Origin: Amphiscolops sp. MND2022 | Lineage: Eukaryota | Length of the DNA: 64,000 bases | Assembly: GCA_964187785.1 (NCBI GenBank) | Contig: OZ076409.1 | Coordinates: 54,624,001 to 54,688,000 of the forward strand | Reading direction: 5' to 3' | In this document: piece by piece, positions 12,772 through 25,105 of the stretch | How the letters are laid out: each line of letters opens with the position of its first letter | Numbering within the stretch: position 1 is the first letter of the stretch | Notes under the pieces: model-generated | Database searches by the model: none | What the model saw: only the letters and a program-made list of their open reading frames with translations | Told to the model about the DNA's origin: nothing | Program-made: the position numbers and the translations under genes

Positions 12772-13685
12772 TTGTTCAGATTGCAGTTTATTGTTTAACT
12801 GAGGGCTTTCTGACTACACAATAGTTTCTTGTCGACTTTGTCACTTTTCCCAAACTCAGCAATTTGTTAGATCCGAAATGTCAACTGCTCAACCCAATAT
12901 TCAATTGCCAATTCTTGAAGAATCAACCCAAAATGTCGATTATGCTTGCCTTCTTTGACAGACTTGATTGTTTCGGTGGACCTCGTCCCAATGACTCGAT
13001 CCCTCTGCTTTACTCGGTGGATATACTTGCAGCGACGTCTTAGTTCAATCCTTTGCTTTCAATTAGGAATACGTTTACCAAGGATACTATTCGTCCCAAA
13101 ACTGGAATTGAAGCACAGCTGCCTCCAGAGTGCTGCTAAAGCCCAACTCCCAGAGTACACAACCAATCCAGTTCCAAATCGCCCAATAGTCCAATACCAA
13201 AGCCCCAGTGTACACTTTCCCAGAGTTCCAATCACCAACTGTAGACCCACTCTCCACAGTTCTTGTTGATCGTGAATAGTTGTTTCATCTACTTGTCGCG
13301 ATTCCGTTCGAATGCGACGACTCTTGCAATACCTTTCGATTGCTGTGCGAACAGGATCACCTGATGCCACTTCTAGGTTTGGAAGGTCCCTACATATAGG
13401 CTTGTCCTCCCAGCTCTCTGGTTTGCCACAGAAACCAGCACGGAAGCTCTCTCCAAGCTTCGTGTCACTTGAACAGATAGATGTTGTGTCACCCGTTTGA
13501 TGACTCTACTGCTCACGTGTCTTCCACCACGAATGCTATCCACACACGATGAAGACGACGTTCCTCTTGTAGTGTCCACCCAGAATGATGTCCACTCCAA
13601 CTGTTGATGTCCGCCCAATGTGATGATGTCCGCCTCAAACTGAAGATGTCCGGCCAAATGATGATGTCCGGGTCGGCGGACCAAA

Positions 13686-14525
13686 TGTAACGGCTGCTTG
13701 ATCCCTTCAATTGACCAAACTTTACGCCGTCCTGAATTCGGTGCTCGGCACTGCGGATCGTTACCGAACACTGCTTGCTTCTTAGATTAAAAGGACTGTA
13801 TCTTGACTTAGTAGGATCCAATGATCCTGAATTGCACTTCTTCCATGTCTCTTAACACGTCTAACTCTCCACAAGTTGAGAGTAACTAACTTAGTCGCCC
13901 AAAGTCTTTGGCGAAAAGTCGAAAAGAGGTGAAAAAATGAATTGAGAATATGTGTGGTCCTGAGACCCGACTTTAATGCAGCTTTCCAATCAATTTGTGT
14001 CTAACTAGTTATGGTATACATATCGTTTACAATTCTTCGATAAATAAAAGTCAAAATATGAAGTATAAATAAATGACATTTAGGTGAATTATTAAAGTTA
14101 GTGACTATGTAAACAAACCATAGTGTTGGTATAGCATGTTGGTTAGGTGGGCCCTAAAGCATGTTTACACAATGTAAATATCACTAATTTCAACAGAGTT
14201 ACATTCTAATGTGGTCATAGAGGTAAATAACAAAGTTTACATTTTTGGTTCAATGACCTTGAACCCCACACATGTGAGGGGGAAAGGGGGTTATAATGGG
14301 TGAATGACCTTGAAACTTGGCCGGTAAGCTCGTGTTAGATACTTGCACATGTGTGCCAAGTTTCATAGCTCTATGACTAAGAGTCTTCGAGAAAACCCAT
14401 TTGACGAAAATTGACGATCGAATTTTCTTCAAGTTTTCATCTAAGTTTCTTAGAGTTTAAGTCTTGTTTCTCAATCAGCATGTTCTGAATCGAGTTTCTT
14501 TGCCTGCTGATGACTGGCGCCAACA
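13686..14525 (-). repeat. 5' LTR of BEL/Pao-like element
   Basis: Direct repeat of 8437-9290, adjacent to the PBS. Confidence 0.95.
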
Positions 14526-17014
14526 GAAAGCTTCAACCTTTTTGACATCCAACGACGGTGGTTGCATCTGAAGAAGTTTTTGAACGTGCTTCTCTTCCGG
14601 CTTCACTCCTTCCAATGAAGTTTCATAGCCCAAAAAGGATAACGCTGTCGAGAATAAAACGCACTTGTCTTCCTTCACGTTCTTTGCTGCCAGCCGTTCA
14701 TTAACTGCATTGTATCATTTCCGGAGTTCGGCCTCGTTGACACCGAACAATAAGATGTCGTCTTGATATGCGACGCAACAATCCAGTCCCTTGAGCACTT
14801 CCTCGATTGCTTGCTGGAAAGTCGCCACTGTAAATTTCAGTCATTGTTGTAACCGGGTGACTCGAAGTAGGCCTCGGGTTTTATTCACTGTACACACATG
14901 TTGTGATTTTTCATCGAGTGAAATTTGCCAATAAACATTTGATAGATCAAATTTCGCGTAAAACATAGCGCCTGACATTTTTGAGAAAATGGTTTCAATA
15001 CAACATGGTGTAGGCTTCGCAGAACACATTCGTTGTTCGTGGTTTTTTTCATCACACAACCGGAGAACAAATATCTACACTACCGGATTCAACCGGTTCG
15101 AGTGTTCCCAACAACAAAAATTCATCAATGGTACATTGGTTTCGCATCGGGTTTCAATTTAATGGAAGCTTTAGCACCTTCCACTGTCGGTAGCTTTTCG
15201 GATACTTTTGTTTTGAAGCACCGGTGAATGGACTCTGTGCTATGATTCAGTTTATCACGTCCCAATAAACCAAAATTCTTATCAGCACCAACAACAGCAA
15301 TGTTTACATTAAGCTCTTTGTTATTATAAAACATCGTTGAAAAAATGCACCGAGATAATTCTTTTTTTGTTTGTCATATGTTTCAACATGTTCTTTTCTT
15401 CAAGTTTTGGATGTCCAATCTGCTTCCACAGCTTCTTCGAAGTCGGCGTCGTTTCTTTCATCACTGGTAATTCTTCAACATTCACTTTGATTTACTCCAT
15501 TGTATTGTTCTTGACATAGACTGTATGCCCAATAAAACACTATTAGTCGGAGGTACTTTCATTGTTTACTTCGATATTGGTTTCTTTTCCAAAAAGTTGT
15601 TCGTTTGTTTCTTCACCTCACACACTTTAGAGACAGCCGGACAACTCGTTGGTCCATGTATCGTTCCGCATTTTGAGCATTCTTTGGCTCCGTTGTGGAT
15701 GCCGGCAGAAATCTTCCCAATTCCGGTTGTTCTTTTTCGCAGTTGACCGTTCCGTGCAAAGGAAACTGTTTCCTTCGGTTTGTTCTGTTGTTCACGAATT
15801 GTACGGTTTGTTCACACTGCTGTTGTAACGTCCGGGTTTTGTTGAAGGCCCGCAGAATCCAGTGTATAACATTCGAAGTAGTAGTTGACACCAGTATAAG
15901 TACTTATGTAAGAGTTTATTTGCGTTCTTTCACCATGCATCGGTAACACGTTTTTAAGTTTCCATTCTTCGGTGTTATATAATTGAATCTCGGAACCTAT
16001 GAAATTAGAGTGACTGCTTCAGTAGCGAACGGTAGTTGTTTACCGAATAACAATAAGTGACAATGATATCACCACAAGTAGAAACAATGGCGTGCTCTCA
16101 AATAACAAAGCTCGGTCAATAGGTGCAGCAAGTAATTAGGAACTGTTTTACGTTTTTCAGTTTAAAAAACTTTTTTCGATAAACAAAGGTTATGTCCGAA
16201 GTTATCACAACAGCTCACTCAGAAATTGGAGACGACAAGTATTTTTTATGAAAAGAAAAAAATCAAACAATTGGAATTAGCTCACATGTGTTACCATGGT
16301 TATTTTGCCATGATCTTGACAAACGTTCCATGTATCATGTGTCATTTTTTGCCATGTTCTTGACTTACCATAATTTAGGAAGAATAACCATGAGTTTGGC
16401 AAGCGTAGTGTGTCTTCGATCGCTGGGTTACTATAACGTTTTCCAAGTTACCAGCAATTACTAAAACTACTCCAGCAAAAACCTTGTTCCCGAAATCTTA
16501 CAAGCACAGCACTTTATCAACACCTCTACCAACCAAAACAGTGGTGATATATTATTACATCCGCCAAAACGGAGTCAATATGGCAAACGAGCCTCTCAAA
16601 ATTGAACAACCACTTCTGGAAAGTTCAAGTAAAATGGTGAAACTACCGTGTATAACCAATACCGAACGTTCTGTAGACACCAAAATTATCATGATGGGGC
16701 TAAGCTTTCGTGCTAGAGAATTTTGAGTGTTGGATAATTTCAATTGACTGAGCCTTAGTCAGCTAAAATACTTGTTGAAGAAGCCCAAAAATGAAATACA
16801 CAGTTTCACTAGAAGGTCCGGAAACAATTTTCCAGAAACATCTGTACAGAACGAGTTTGAACATCTGTAGAGTTCTGTAAACATCGTACAATAACAAGAA
16901 ACGCAACTTCCAAAGGCTATTTAGTATGCCTGCTTAGTGGAAGCTTCGATATAGAAGCAAAATTAATGGGTTGTGTCCAATTATTTAGGTGTTTATGTTA
17001 CTTTATTTAGGTGT

Positions 17015-18254
17015 AAGAACCAACCAGAGACATGATTTTGGTTTTTCGATTTTTTTGTACAATAATAAGTAATGATTGCTCCCAAATGGAACAAAATGAT
17101 CCAGTCCTATGTTTTTGAGGGGCTATTCAGATGCATTAAAACGCCTGACCTCAGGAAAGCTCTGGAAGGTTGCTGTAACAGACTCAAAATTGTTGAAAAA
17201 GTCGAAACTAATACCCCTGCTTATTGCCATTATTTAATCCGCAAACCTGATACCCAACTTTACAGGCCTTATCACTCACCATGATTTCAACGAACAAGGA
17301 TTTGAGCTCAAGGAACACTAACGCGGGATTTATTGCACCGAGAGCGGAATCAAGATCGGGGTAATAAAAACCTCATTTAGTCCATCACCCTAGCAAAAAA
17401 TGAACCATATGAAATCAAACCGCTCACGGTATCATTTTACCAGTTCAAACTTTAATATGACCAGCTCTTCATGGCCTAAAATGAAGCTTTTGAAGGTATT
17501 GTATCGATATTGTTTCATTTGATGTACACTGATAAAGTGAGTTTTTTTTGGTAAATAATCCATTTGCGACAATTTATTATAAAACTCCTGTACACGCTTC
17601 GCAAGGAATGGTTGAACTTCCTGTTGCTTCCAAGAACCAACCAGAGACATGATTTTGGTTTTTCGATTTTTTTGTACAATAATAAGTAATGATTGCTCCC
17701 AAATGGAACAAAATGATCCAGTCCTATGTTTTTGAGGGGCTATTCAGATGCATTAAAACGCCTGACCTCAGGAAAGCTCTGGAAGGTTGCTGTAACAGAC
17801 TCAAAATTGTTGAAAAAGTCGAAACTAATACCCCTGCTTATTGCCATTATTTAATCCGCAAACCTGATACCCAACTTTACAGGCCTTATCACTCACCATG
17901 ATTTCAACGAACAAGGATTTGAGCTCAAGGAACACTAACGCGGGATTTATTGCACCGAGAGCGGAATCAAGATCGGGGTAATAAAAACCTCATTTAGTCC
18001 ATCACCCTAGCAAAAAATGAACCATATGAAATCAAACCGCTCACGGTATCATTTTACCAGTTCAAACTTTAATATGACCAGCTCTTCATGGCCTAAAATG
18101 AAGCTTTTGAAGGTATTGTATCGATATTGTTTCATTTGATGTACACTGATAAAGTGAGTTTTTTTTGGTAAATAATCCATTTGCGACAATTTATTATAAA
18201 ACTCCTGTACACGCTTCGCAAGGAATGGTTGAACTTCCTGTTGCTTCCAAGAAC
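17015..18254. repeat. 617-bp tandem duplication
   Basis: Identical ORFs at 17072 and 17689 (offset 617). AAGAAC microhomology at 17015, 17632 and 18249. Confidence 0.95.
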
Positions 18255-19359
18255 AACACCCGATTAGTGTCTACTTGGAGAGCGAAGGAAGTTTTTGGTA
18301 CCTATTTCAGTTGAGAATCTATTGCTGAAAGCATGCGAATGTTCTTATCGGATACAGCAGAGAACAGGTTTCAAAAGTTCTTAGACTTGTAAGTCATAGA
18401 CAGAAGGAAGTAAAGTCTGATACACCAAATCAAACACGCTAGCATACTTCGGCGGCAGCGATGCAGCTTCTTACATCGTTGATGTTGTATTCTAGTTGAT
18501 AACATCCGTCAAAAAGGATTGGTATTTTAAAGATTTTGACATTGTTTTTCGATTTGAAATGGATCGTTCCCTCTCTTGTGCAAACAGACTGAATTCTCTG
18601 ATCATCATAATGTTGATGAATTGGAGGCTTGGAACAGTTATGTCTTCGAAGATGTTCAAGTGTTTAACATCATGATTGTCTTGTAGAGATTTCTTCTGCG
18701 ATGGATATGTCTTGATCAGTCACATTGGCATCGCCACCATCAAAACTTTCTGCAGCGTGACATCAGATTTTTCCCCCACATATTTTCGATTCAGAGTTGT
18801 TTTTTCTTCTGCAAGGTTAAAAAGGGGAAGATTATCACGTCTGTTAAAGGTTTCCAGTAGTTCTGTTTCACACCATAGCTTGAGCTCCGAGTTTGTCTAA
18901 CTCTGTCATCATGGCTTTGTGTACTTCCTTTTGATGCTGGCAATGGCTGTCAGAATTGACTTCTGTATGACTTCTTGCAAAGAAGATCCCAGTTGCTGAA
19001 TGCTCGTGAGAAAACTGAACTACTAGATTCTTTTTTGACAGCAAGGTGCGTTTGTTGAGCCAGGTCAGGGATACCCGATTCAGTGATTGGACTAAGTTCA
19101 GAGCAGAGTCTCTTGTTTTCGTTTCTAGGAACTGGAGTTTGGATCTTGCAGATCTGCAGTTGTACTTACGTAGCAGCGGCACCAGCTTTACAGATCCTCA
19201 AGGAAAATTGGCCCTCAGATCTGTACAGATTCTGAAGGAAAGCTCAACATGGGGACTTCGATGCTAAACGCATATCTTCGAATAACATACAAAGTGTACA
19301 TTGGGTGTACAAGAAATTAATCTCAACGTATGATGTTGAAAAGCGAAATTAATAATTTA

Positions 19360-19708
19360 AACAAGCCGGGAACGGTCCAAGTCGGCGCCATATCTAAGGC
19401 TCAAAAATAGGAAAAGGACTTCAAAGTGTCAAGTATTCTCTTCTACAGTAGACGCATTCGGAAAAATTTGAAAAAAAATCGATTTTTTTATTTTTTTGGT
19501 CCCTGGGAAGTAGCATAGTGCCGAAAAATGTAAAAGGGGACCTCAAAACGTCTAATTATCTTCTTTCTCAAGTGCCAGTAGAAGTAGTGTGGCATTTAGT
19601 GTTAGTTCAAGTTAGCTTATAAAGCTTATAAAATCTGTCACTTCGTTGGTCTTAAAAAAAGAAAAGTCACTACTATAGTCGGCGGTTTTCTACAAAAAGC
19701 GCCGACTA
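19360..19708 (+). mobile_element. HINE/DINE-1-like short element
   Basis: Starts AACAAGCCGGGAACGG. AGTCGGCGC near the left end is inverted to GCGCCGACT at the right end. Terminal hairpin TAGTCGGCG(19676)/CGCCGACTA(19700). Close copy at 47526. No TSD. Confidence 0.7.
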
Positions 19709-21099
19709 ACAAGAAATTCTAAAGCTAATTTGTTGTGATCGTGCACATTGAAAAACAAAGAAAATATTCATCTCAAAATAACCTTGACTTTTTATGAAAT
19801 GGACCTTCATTTTTGAGTTTGTGTTGATAGATCTGAAAGATCGCACAAAAGAACAAAATCTCTCTGATAACTTATACTAATTAAACGTCGATTTAAAACA
19901 TGAGCATAAGCAGGGTAGTCTGCAATATTTATTGCAGCTGAAATTTCCTATTTTAAGCTGATTGTCAGAGCAGCTGTTTTCAAAAAACTCGAAAAAGTAA
20001 AAATTGTAATTTGATATGAATTATTGAAAAGTATAAATGATTTCAAAACCTTTGTTTCTGCGTGCCTCACTCGAAAATTTGTTCCTGGATAAATATTTCC
20101 CCTGTAATAGCCAGACATACATGTTTGTATGTTCACCGAAATGGTTGACTTTTTTGTTGACAGTAGCTAAATTATTTGGAGAGTGTTTTATAAAGTCAGT
20201 TTCATGTATGGACTCATGAAGATCATATCTATTTTTAGGTAAAAAGATTTCCGTTTAATATAATTAATTAATCTTGATTTCAATTTTATTGTTACTAAAG
20301 AAAGTAATTCTAAAATAGTATTTTACTTTTGTCAGTATTATAGGTTTCAATTGTAAAATAAATGAGATTCACTCAAGCCTGTGAAAAGTTATCATAATTT
20401 CGAAGGTTTTGTTAAAAGATACAAAAATGAATAACATCTTCAAAATTTGCTACTCGTGATGCATTCTTTCTACACTTTTTTAAATTCCGTTGCTGGTTTA
20501 GTTGAAAGAATTTTTTCCAACAGAAATGACTCACGTTTCCGTTTAATTCTAGGGTTCTTTTCTGTTTCTTCTTTTTGCATTCAAAAATTTTGGAGGTGTG
20601 GGGGCAGAAAAGACCCTATTATAGACATTTTACTTTATGCGTTTCTTTAAAAAAATATTACTACAAAATATTCGACTTGAAAATTTGTTTTTGGAGCAGA
20701 ACCAGATTTTAGATCTGAGAAGTTGGATTGTTCTTATTTGTTTCGGAAAATCTTAAAATAAATTGTTAAAACCTTTTTATCCTAACAGACGATTATTTCC
20801 TTTCCTATGGATCAACAGTTCCTGGAAAAACTTTATTTCATTTCGTATAATATAGAAGATATCCTTGAAAATGGTTGTCACAATCAATAACATACAAGAT
20901 TTATGTTCAGTTCAATATGCTGAAAATGCCCTTCCTTTAGCTCAATATGCTGAAACGTTACATTATTAATTTTGAATAGTCAAGATGCTTTTGCTAAATA
21001 TACAAAAAATCTCACTGATTTGTACATTGTTGATAACAAACACCTCTATTCAATTTTTTTCTAGGCTTTAAAGTAAAACGTAAAATCTGTATTCAATTC

Positions 21100-21258
21100 G
21101 TCATAATTGGTTCTCGGGGCAAGGACTCGAAGAGCATGTATGCTCATTCCTTGTCCTTTTTGGATGTTTTAGATTGATACTTATTTGTATGTATCATTAT
21201 TTTGTATCTTTTTTGTACGACTTCATCCAAATAAATTAACTTACTTACTTACTTACTT
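21100..21258 (+). mobile_element. Probable 3' end of a LINE with an (ACTT)n tail
   Basis: AATAAA followed by about five ACTT repeats at ~21238-21258. Confidence 0.45.
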
Positions 21259-22365
21259 CTTCCGAAAGTAGTATTCAAACTTGTTTTCTACGAGTTAAAA
21301 AATGACGAGAACTGGGAAGTGTTTAGAAATCAAAAATTAAATTACAGAACAAGATGCAAAATGAAAACTATACCATTGGTAACGCAAAATTACCTTTGTG
21401 AATCAAACAAGACAACAAAGTTTCATTCTGTATCTTTCTTTTTCCACCTTGTTTTTTATAGTCGAGGTTGTTGAAAAAAATGAAGATATTAATGGAAAAA
21501 TTGTTGGTAAACAAATAGAATCAACTAAAATTAATGTCGCTTATTATCTTTGAGCTTGCTGTCTATGAAACACATAATGAATTTTCTTCAAAACAAATAA
21601 TGAAAATGTTGCTTAGAAAGTAGATTTTCATCAATCGTATTGAAAAACCATCAATTGATCTGTCAATGAAAGATGTAATTTTCTTGGATTTAAGGTAGGA
21701 TTTTTTTGAATTTTTTTCAAATTTTTGTCGTTTTTTTCAATTTTTCAATCTAATGTATACAAGTTTTCTCCAGAAGAAAAAAGTAACAAAAAAGTAAATA
21801 TACAATTGACCATCTATTTTCATTTTCTGCGTTTTTATGAGAAGTTCCCTGTATATTTACAAATGCTATTTTCACTATGTAAATGAAATGGCATAAAAGG
21901 TGTATTACTTAGGAGAAAAATGTCTCAAAAACACTGTGTTCTGATTGTGCCACTGCTTTATAATGTAAAAGTTGAAGTCAGGAGATGTTTCTTTTAATTA
22001 CAAAAAGTCAAGGTCGTAGTTTATACTATCCAAAAAACTGTATTGAGACTGGTTCGAAGTTGGTGTTTGATATAATCTAAAAAAGGTCTGCATGTTTTAA
22101 ATTCGAAGTCTTTCGAAGATGTTTTATATTGAACGCTTGAACATTTTTTCAATACAAAATGAGGTCTATGTAAATAATTTGTGAAATTTTTGCATATTCT
22201 AATTTCTCAAAAAATTGAGATATACTTTTTTTTGTTAATAAAATAGAAACGCTTAAACAGTTGAAGAATCAAGTTTATTGAATGGAACCAAAGCGTTCAA
22301 AAAGTCAGACTTCCCTGTGGAGCCGTCATTATGTTTTTTAATTCATTGCTATCCCGGGTTGGAAA

Positions 22366-23586
22366 CCACTCGCAGTCCACCGGTAGTCAACAATGACCCA
22401 CGTAAGTACCACCGGTGGACCACCGAGGTGGCATCTGCAGCCATGGCCCACAGGTGGAAACATTTTATCTAGTAGACAAAGTATCGCAAAAATCGTGACG
22501 CGAACATGTAATCATTTTGTTGACAGTCCAGCATTTACCTCTGCGCTATCAGCTCTCATATACCTTAGTCGAACTTGCCGGAAAGTTTTTCATGTTGCAT
22601 CCTTGCGAGCGTTCTAAATTTTTGATAAACATAGAAAATACTGAAAGCACACATGGAGAAATTTTGTAGAATTACAATTCAGTTTCCACTATTTCAATTA
22701 AAACTAAAAACATTTCCACTACTGCACCACCTGATCACTTTGGTCCCACGCGTAAATTTCTCAAGTAAGTACCTTATGTAATCACCGTTAGTCAAATAGC
22801 ACGCTGAATATGACGGTACTTTGAAACTTATAATGTGAACGTAGTTTATTTGCATTGAAATCGCGGTAAAATTATTGAGGTCACAGCTGCTTTCAAAATT
22901 AGAATTGCTTCTTAATGGAACCTGCAAAACATCGTCCCTCGGATTTGCCGCCAAATTTAGGATGCATCGTTTGGGCTGCTTGATAAAATTAGGTCGAATC
23001 AGTGCAGTTTTAATGCATGAACATTTCTTTGAGAATTTTATAAAATCATGGAAAATTAGCTTGGTAACCTACAAAAACTTGTAAAAAGTTCAAGCTGTTT
23101 CAACAAGGGTAGCTATATTTGTTCTGCAGCTTTGGCTACATCGCGGCTTGCGGACGCACGGTGCCAAAATAGTCTTTATTGCTGCAGATGTTTTTGAAAA
23201 TTTAAATAACCTCCGGATACCATAATGAAGCAAGACGCTCGCTAAGCAGCGGGATTTTTTCCGCCAAAAACTTAACGTTCAAGCACGGGTTCGAGCCCTT
23301 GACCTCGTTTCTGCCAGGCAGACGCCCTACCAACTGTGCCACGGTGACTAGAATATTTAAATTACTATTCACTGAAAGGAGTAAGAAAGTGGAGATTTGG
23401 CAGAAAAAAAACGCAACACAGATTATGATTTTCTTCCCCCATACACAAATAATTTTGTTGGGGCGGAAAATGATAACGACAATCAAAAAAGTACGGTTTC
23501 AATAATTTTCTAGAATTCACAATTCATTTTTTGAAAAAAATCCTTTGGTGTCACCCGATGGAACACCGGTGGCCACTGCCTCTGGG
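22366..23586. mobile_element. Possible degenerate MITE containing a tRNA-like segment
   Basis: CCACCGGT(GG) motifs cluster at both ends with partial inverted similarity. Boundaries uncertain. Confidence 0.4.
23281..23350 (-). other. tRNA-derived (pseudo-tRNA/SINE-head-like) segment
   Basis: A-box TGGCACAGTTGG and B-box GGCTCGAACCC at tRNA spacing. Anticodon and acceptor arms do not fold properly. Confidence 0.55.
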
Positions 23587-23836
23587 TTTTTCGGCACCAT
23601 GAGACAAAAGAAAAAGCGAAAAAGGTTGAATTTTTCTCAAAATACACTGATGTTTTCCGTTTTAAAAGAACTATTCTCGAGTCTCAGGGGTACTCCTTCG
23701 GGTATTATTTTGGCATTGTATGATCGTCGAACAATTTCAATAATTGGCCCCTGAATATTTCAATCATTTTTCTCTTATTGAACCTTGAGTGGGTGCCGGT
23801 TTGGGCTGTTTGCGGCGTGTTCCATTCGGTACTAAC

Positions 23837-24103
23837 TCATGGTCATATCGGTTCTAGTAGAAGTCCCAGTTCTAAACCGAGTGTTGGTTCGGTCTATGAG
23901 AATAAAGCATGAGTCATACACAATGCGGGCTTTGCTGAATAGTACAGTTTCCTTGCTCATTGGAGGCATATACCAATATATGCTACCTCCCCAAATGCTG
24001 TATGCTGACAAGTCGAAATAAGATTCTGCGGGGGTCAAGTCCATCTGACAATACACCTGAACCGTCGTGCCCTGGATTTTCACATTGAAGTATCCAGATG
24101 GCG
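23837..24103 (-). CDS. Host gene exon 3: GON-like domain
   Basis: Acceptor ttacAG (24105-24104), phase-1 join gives DPS-A-PSGYFNVKIQGTTVQVYCQMD..LFSKARI. GTTAGT at 23836 is a likely donor; alternatively the frame ends at the TAG at 23832. Confidence 0.75.
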
Positions 24104-24619
24104 CTGTAACAAAACACCACTCTTTTAAACAATTTTCACCTAGAATGAAAACGGTACAGAAAATGATTTCTGATGTTTTATCAATAATTAGCCACTCAAT
24201 CGTGACATGCATTATCATTTTTCACAACAAATGTATGTGAAGATGTTATTTTCATAGGAGATGCCAGCTGTATGTATGAAAAAAGATTCACTCCGATCGA
24301 AACACTGGCCTAGTTCAAATTCAGATACAGAAACTTATACAGAGTTACAGAATACAAAGTCACGACTGCCTTTCATTTCATTTAGTTGAAGGCATTCAAA
24401 AAGTCTTATTGAAGTCATTGGGAGTAGTAAGCGAAATGCCGATTCGGGCCAAGCAACAAAAATTTTCAAAAGCCCCAAAACCTCCCTTTTAGAGGCATTT
24501 TTCCAAAAACAAATCAACAAATTAGTGATTTTACAAATCTGTAACCTCTATGGTGTGTGTGTAAAAGCAATGCAATGTAAAAGCAGTGCAATGTAAACAA
24601 CTGGCGTGGACATAAATTT

Positions 24620-24716
24620 GGTTCCAATGGCTCAGTGGTTAGGCCACTGGAATTTTACGTTCGCGCAGCTTCACCCTCCTAACACACGTGTTCGAGTCCG
24701 CGACAAAGCATATTTT
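24620..24716 (+). promoter_or_regulatory. tRNA-like Pol III A/B-box cassette in left TIR (mirrored at ~35580-35680)
   Basis: TGGCTCAGTGG at 24628-24638, GTTCGAGTCC at 24690-24699, TTTT at 24713-24716. Confidence 0.55.
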
Positions 24717-25006
24717 AATTTCACCAATAGTGGTTGGGGGTATATAAGGAAGTTAGTATATTATTTTTACTGACAAGTTACTCATTGCTTAAAAATATTT
24801 GTCATCCTTTCCTCCGCTTTCGAGCAGTATTGGCAATAGTAACGTGAGCTTTACCAGGACACACTTTCGGGAGGGGAAAAGATTGTGTGTTACATAAACT
24901 GGAGCTCTATAGTGAATTAACCAGTGGGAGGTAAAATCCTATGTAGTTAACTTGCGAGCGGGGGACGTCTGTAGCACATCGAATATAGTGTCGGTCGATG
25001 GAAACC

Positions 25007-25105
25007 GCGTTAAACTTTCGCGTTAAGCTTTCGCGTTAAGCTTTTGCGTTAAGCTTTCGCGTTAAGCTTTTGCGTTAAGCTTTCGCGTTAAGCTTTTGCG
25101 TTAAG
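25007..25105 (+). repeat. 13-bp tandem repeat GCGTTAAGCTTT(C/T), ~7.6 copies
   Basis: Read directly. Mirrored as ~5.6 copies at 35246-35318. Confidence 0.95.

Larger units (their letters stand above)
8437..14525 (-). mobile_element. Young non-autonomous BEL/Pao-type LTR retrotransposon
   Basis: Near-identical TG..CA LTRs at 8437-9290 and 13686-14525, 5-bp TSD GAAAG (8432-8436, 14526-14530), PBS TGGTCCGCCGACCCGGA (13683-13667), PPT ..AAAAACAGGGCCGGCAA. Terminal peptide LKRPVVGLAPL..EKNRAGNV resembles the BEL pol C-terminus. Confidence 0.9.
6400..16076 (-). mobile_element. Decayed Ty3/Gypsy LTR retrotransposon, split by a BEL/Pao insertion
   Basis: Diverged ~236-bp direct repeats at ~6400-6635 and ~15840-16076, purine tract next to the left LTR. 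Minus strand: CCHC (CSKCGTIHGPTSC), RT (AKFDLSNVYWQI, AYQDD), RNase H (TDA) and integrase (VSDNG..SPRSNGLAE) in Gypsy order. Confidence 0.85.
5880..16427. mobile_element. CACTA/EnSpm(CMC)-like non-autonomous DNA transposon
   Basis: TIRs CCCAGCGATCGAAGACA...TACGCTTGCCAA match at 29/32. TT flanks both ends (candidate 2-bp TSD). Subterminal CTTGCCAAG/ACCATG repeats at both ends. The superfamily call is inferred. Confidence 0.7.
5779..19251. mobile_element. Putative outer TIR DNA element hosting the nested stack
   Basis: 5779-5814 and 19216-19251 are inverted repeats matching at 29/36 (CATGTTGA...GAATCTGTACAGATCTG). TCTGTACAGA-like motifs recur at ~16840-16880. No TSD or transposase recognised. 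Confidence 0.45.

Noticed and set aside
13572..13683. Repeat-spacer (CRISPR-like) array
   Set aside because: Only a 7-bp constant core with mutually related linkers; a degenerate ~19-bp tandem repeat.
17432..19182. Transposase of the outer TIR element
   Set aside because: Only short broken minus-strand ORFs with no recognisable DDE or other motif.
23281..23350. Functional tRNA gene
   Set aside because: A and B boxes are present, but there is no proper acceptor stem or 7-nt anticodon loop.
24620..24716. Functional tRNA gene in the TIR
   Set aside because: No cloverleaf; only the promoter boxes are tRNA-like.
25007..25105. CRISPR-like array
   Set aside because: Contiguous 13-bp units with no spacers and no cas genes; part of a TIR.
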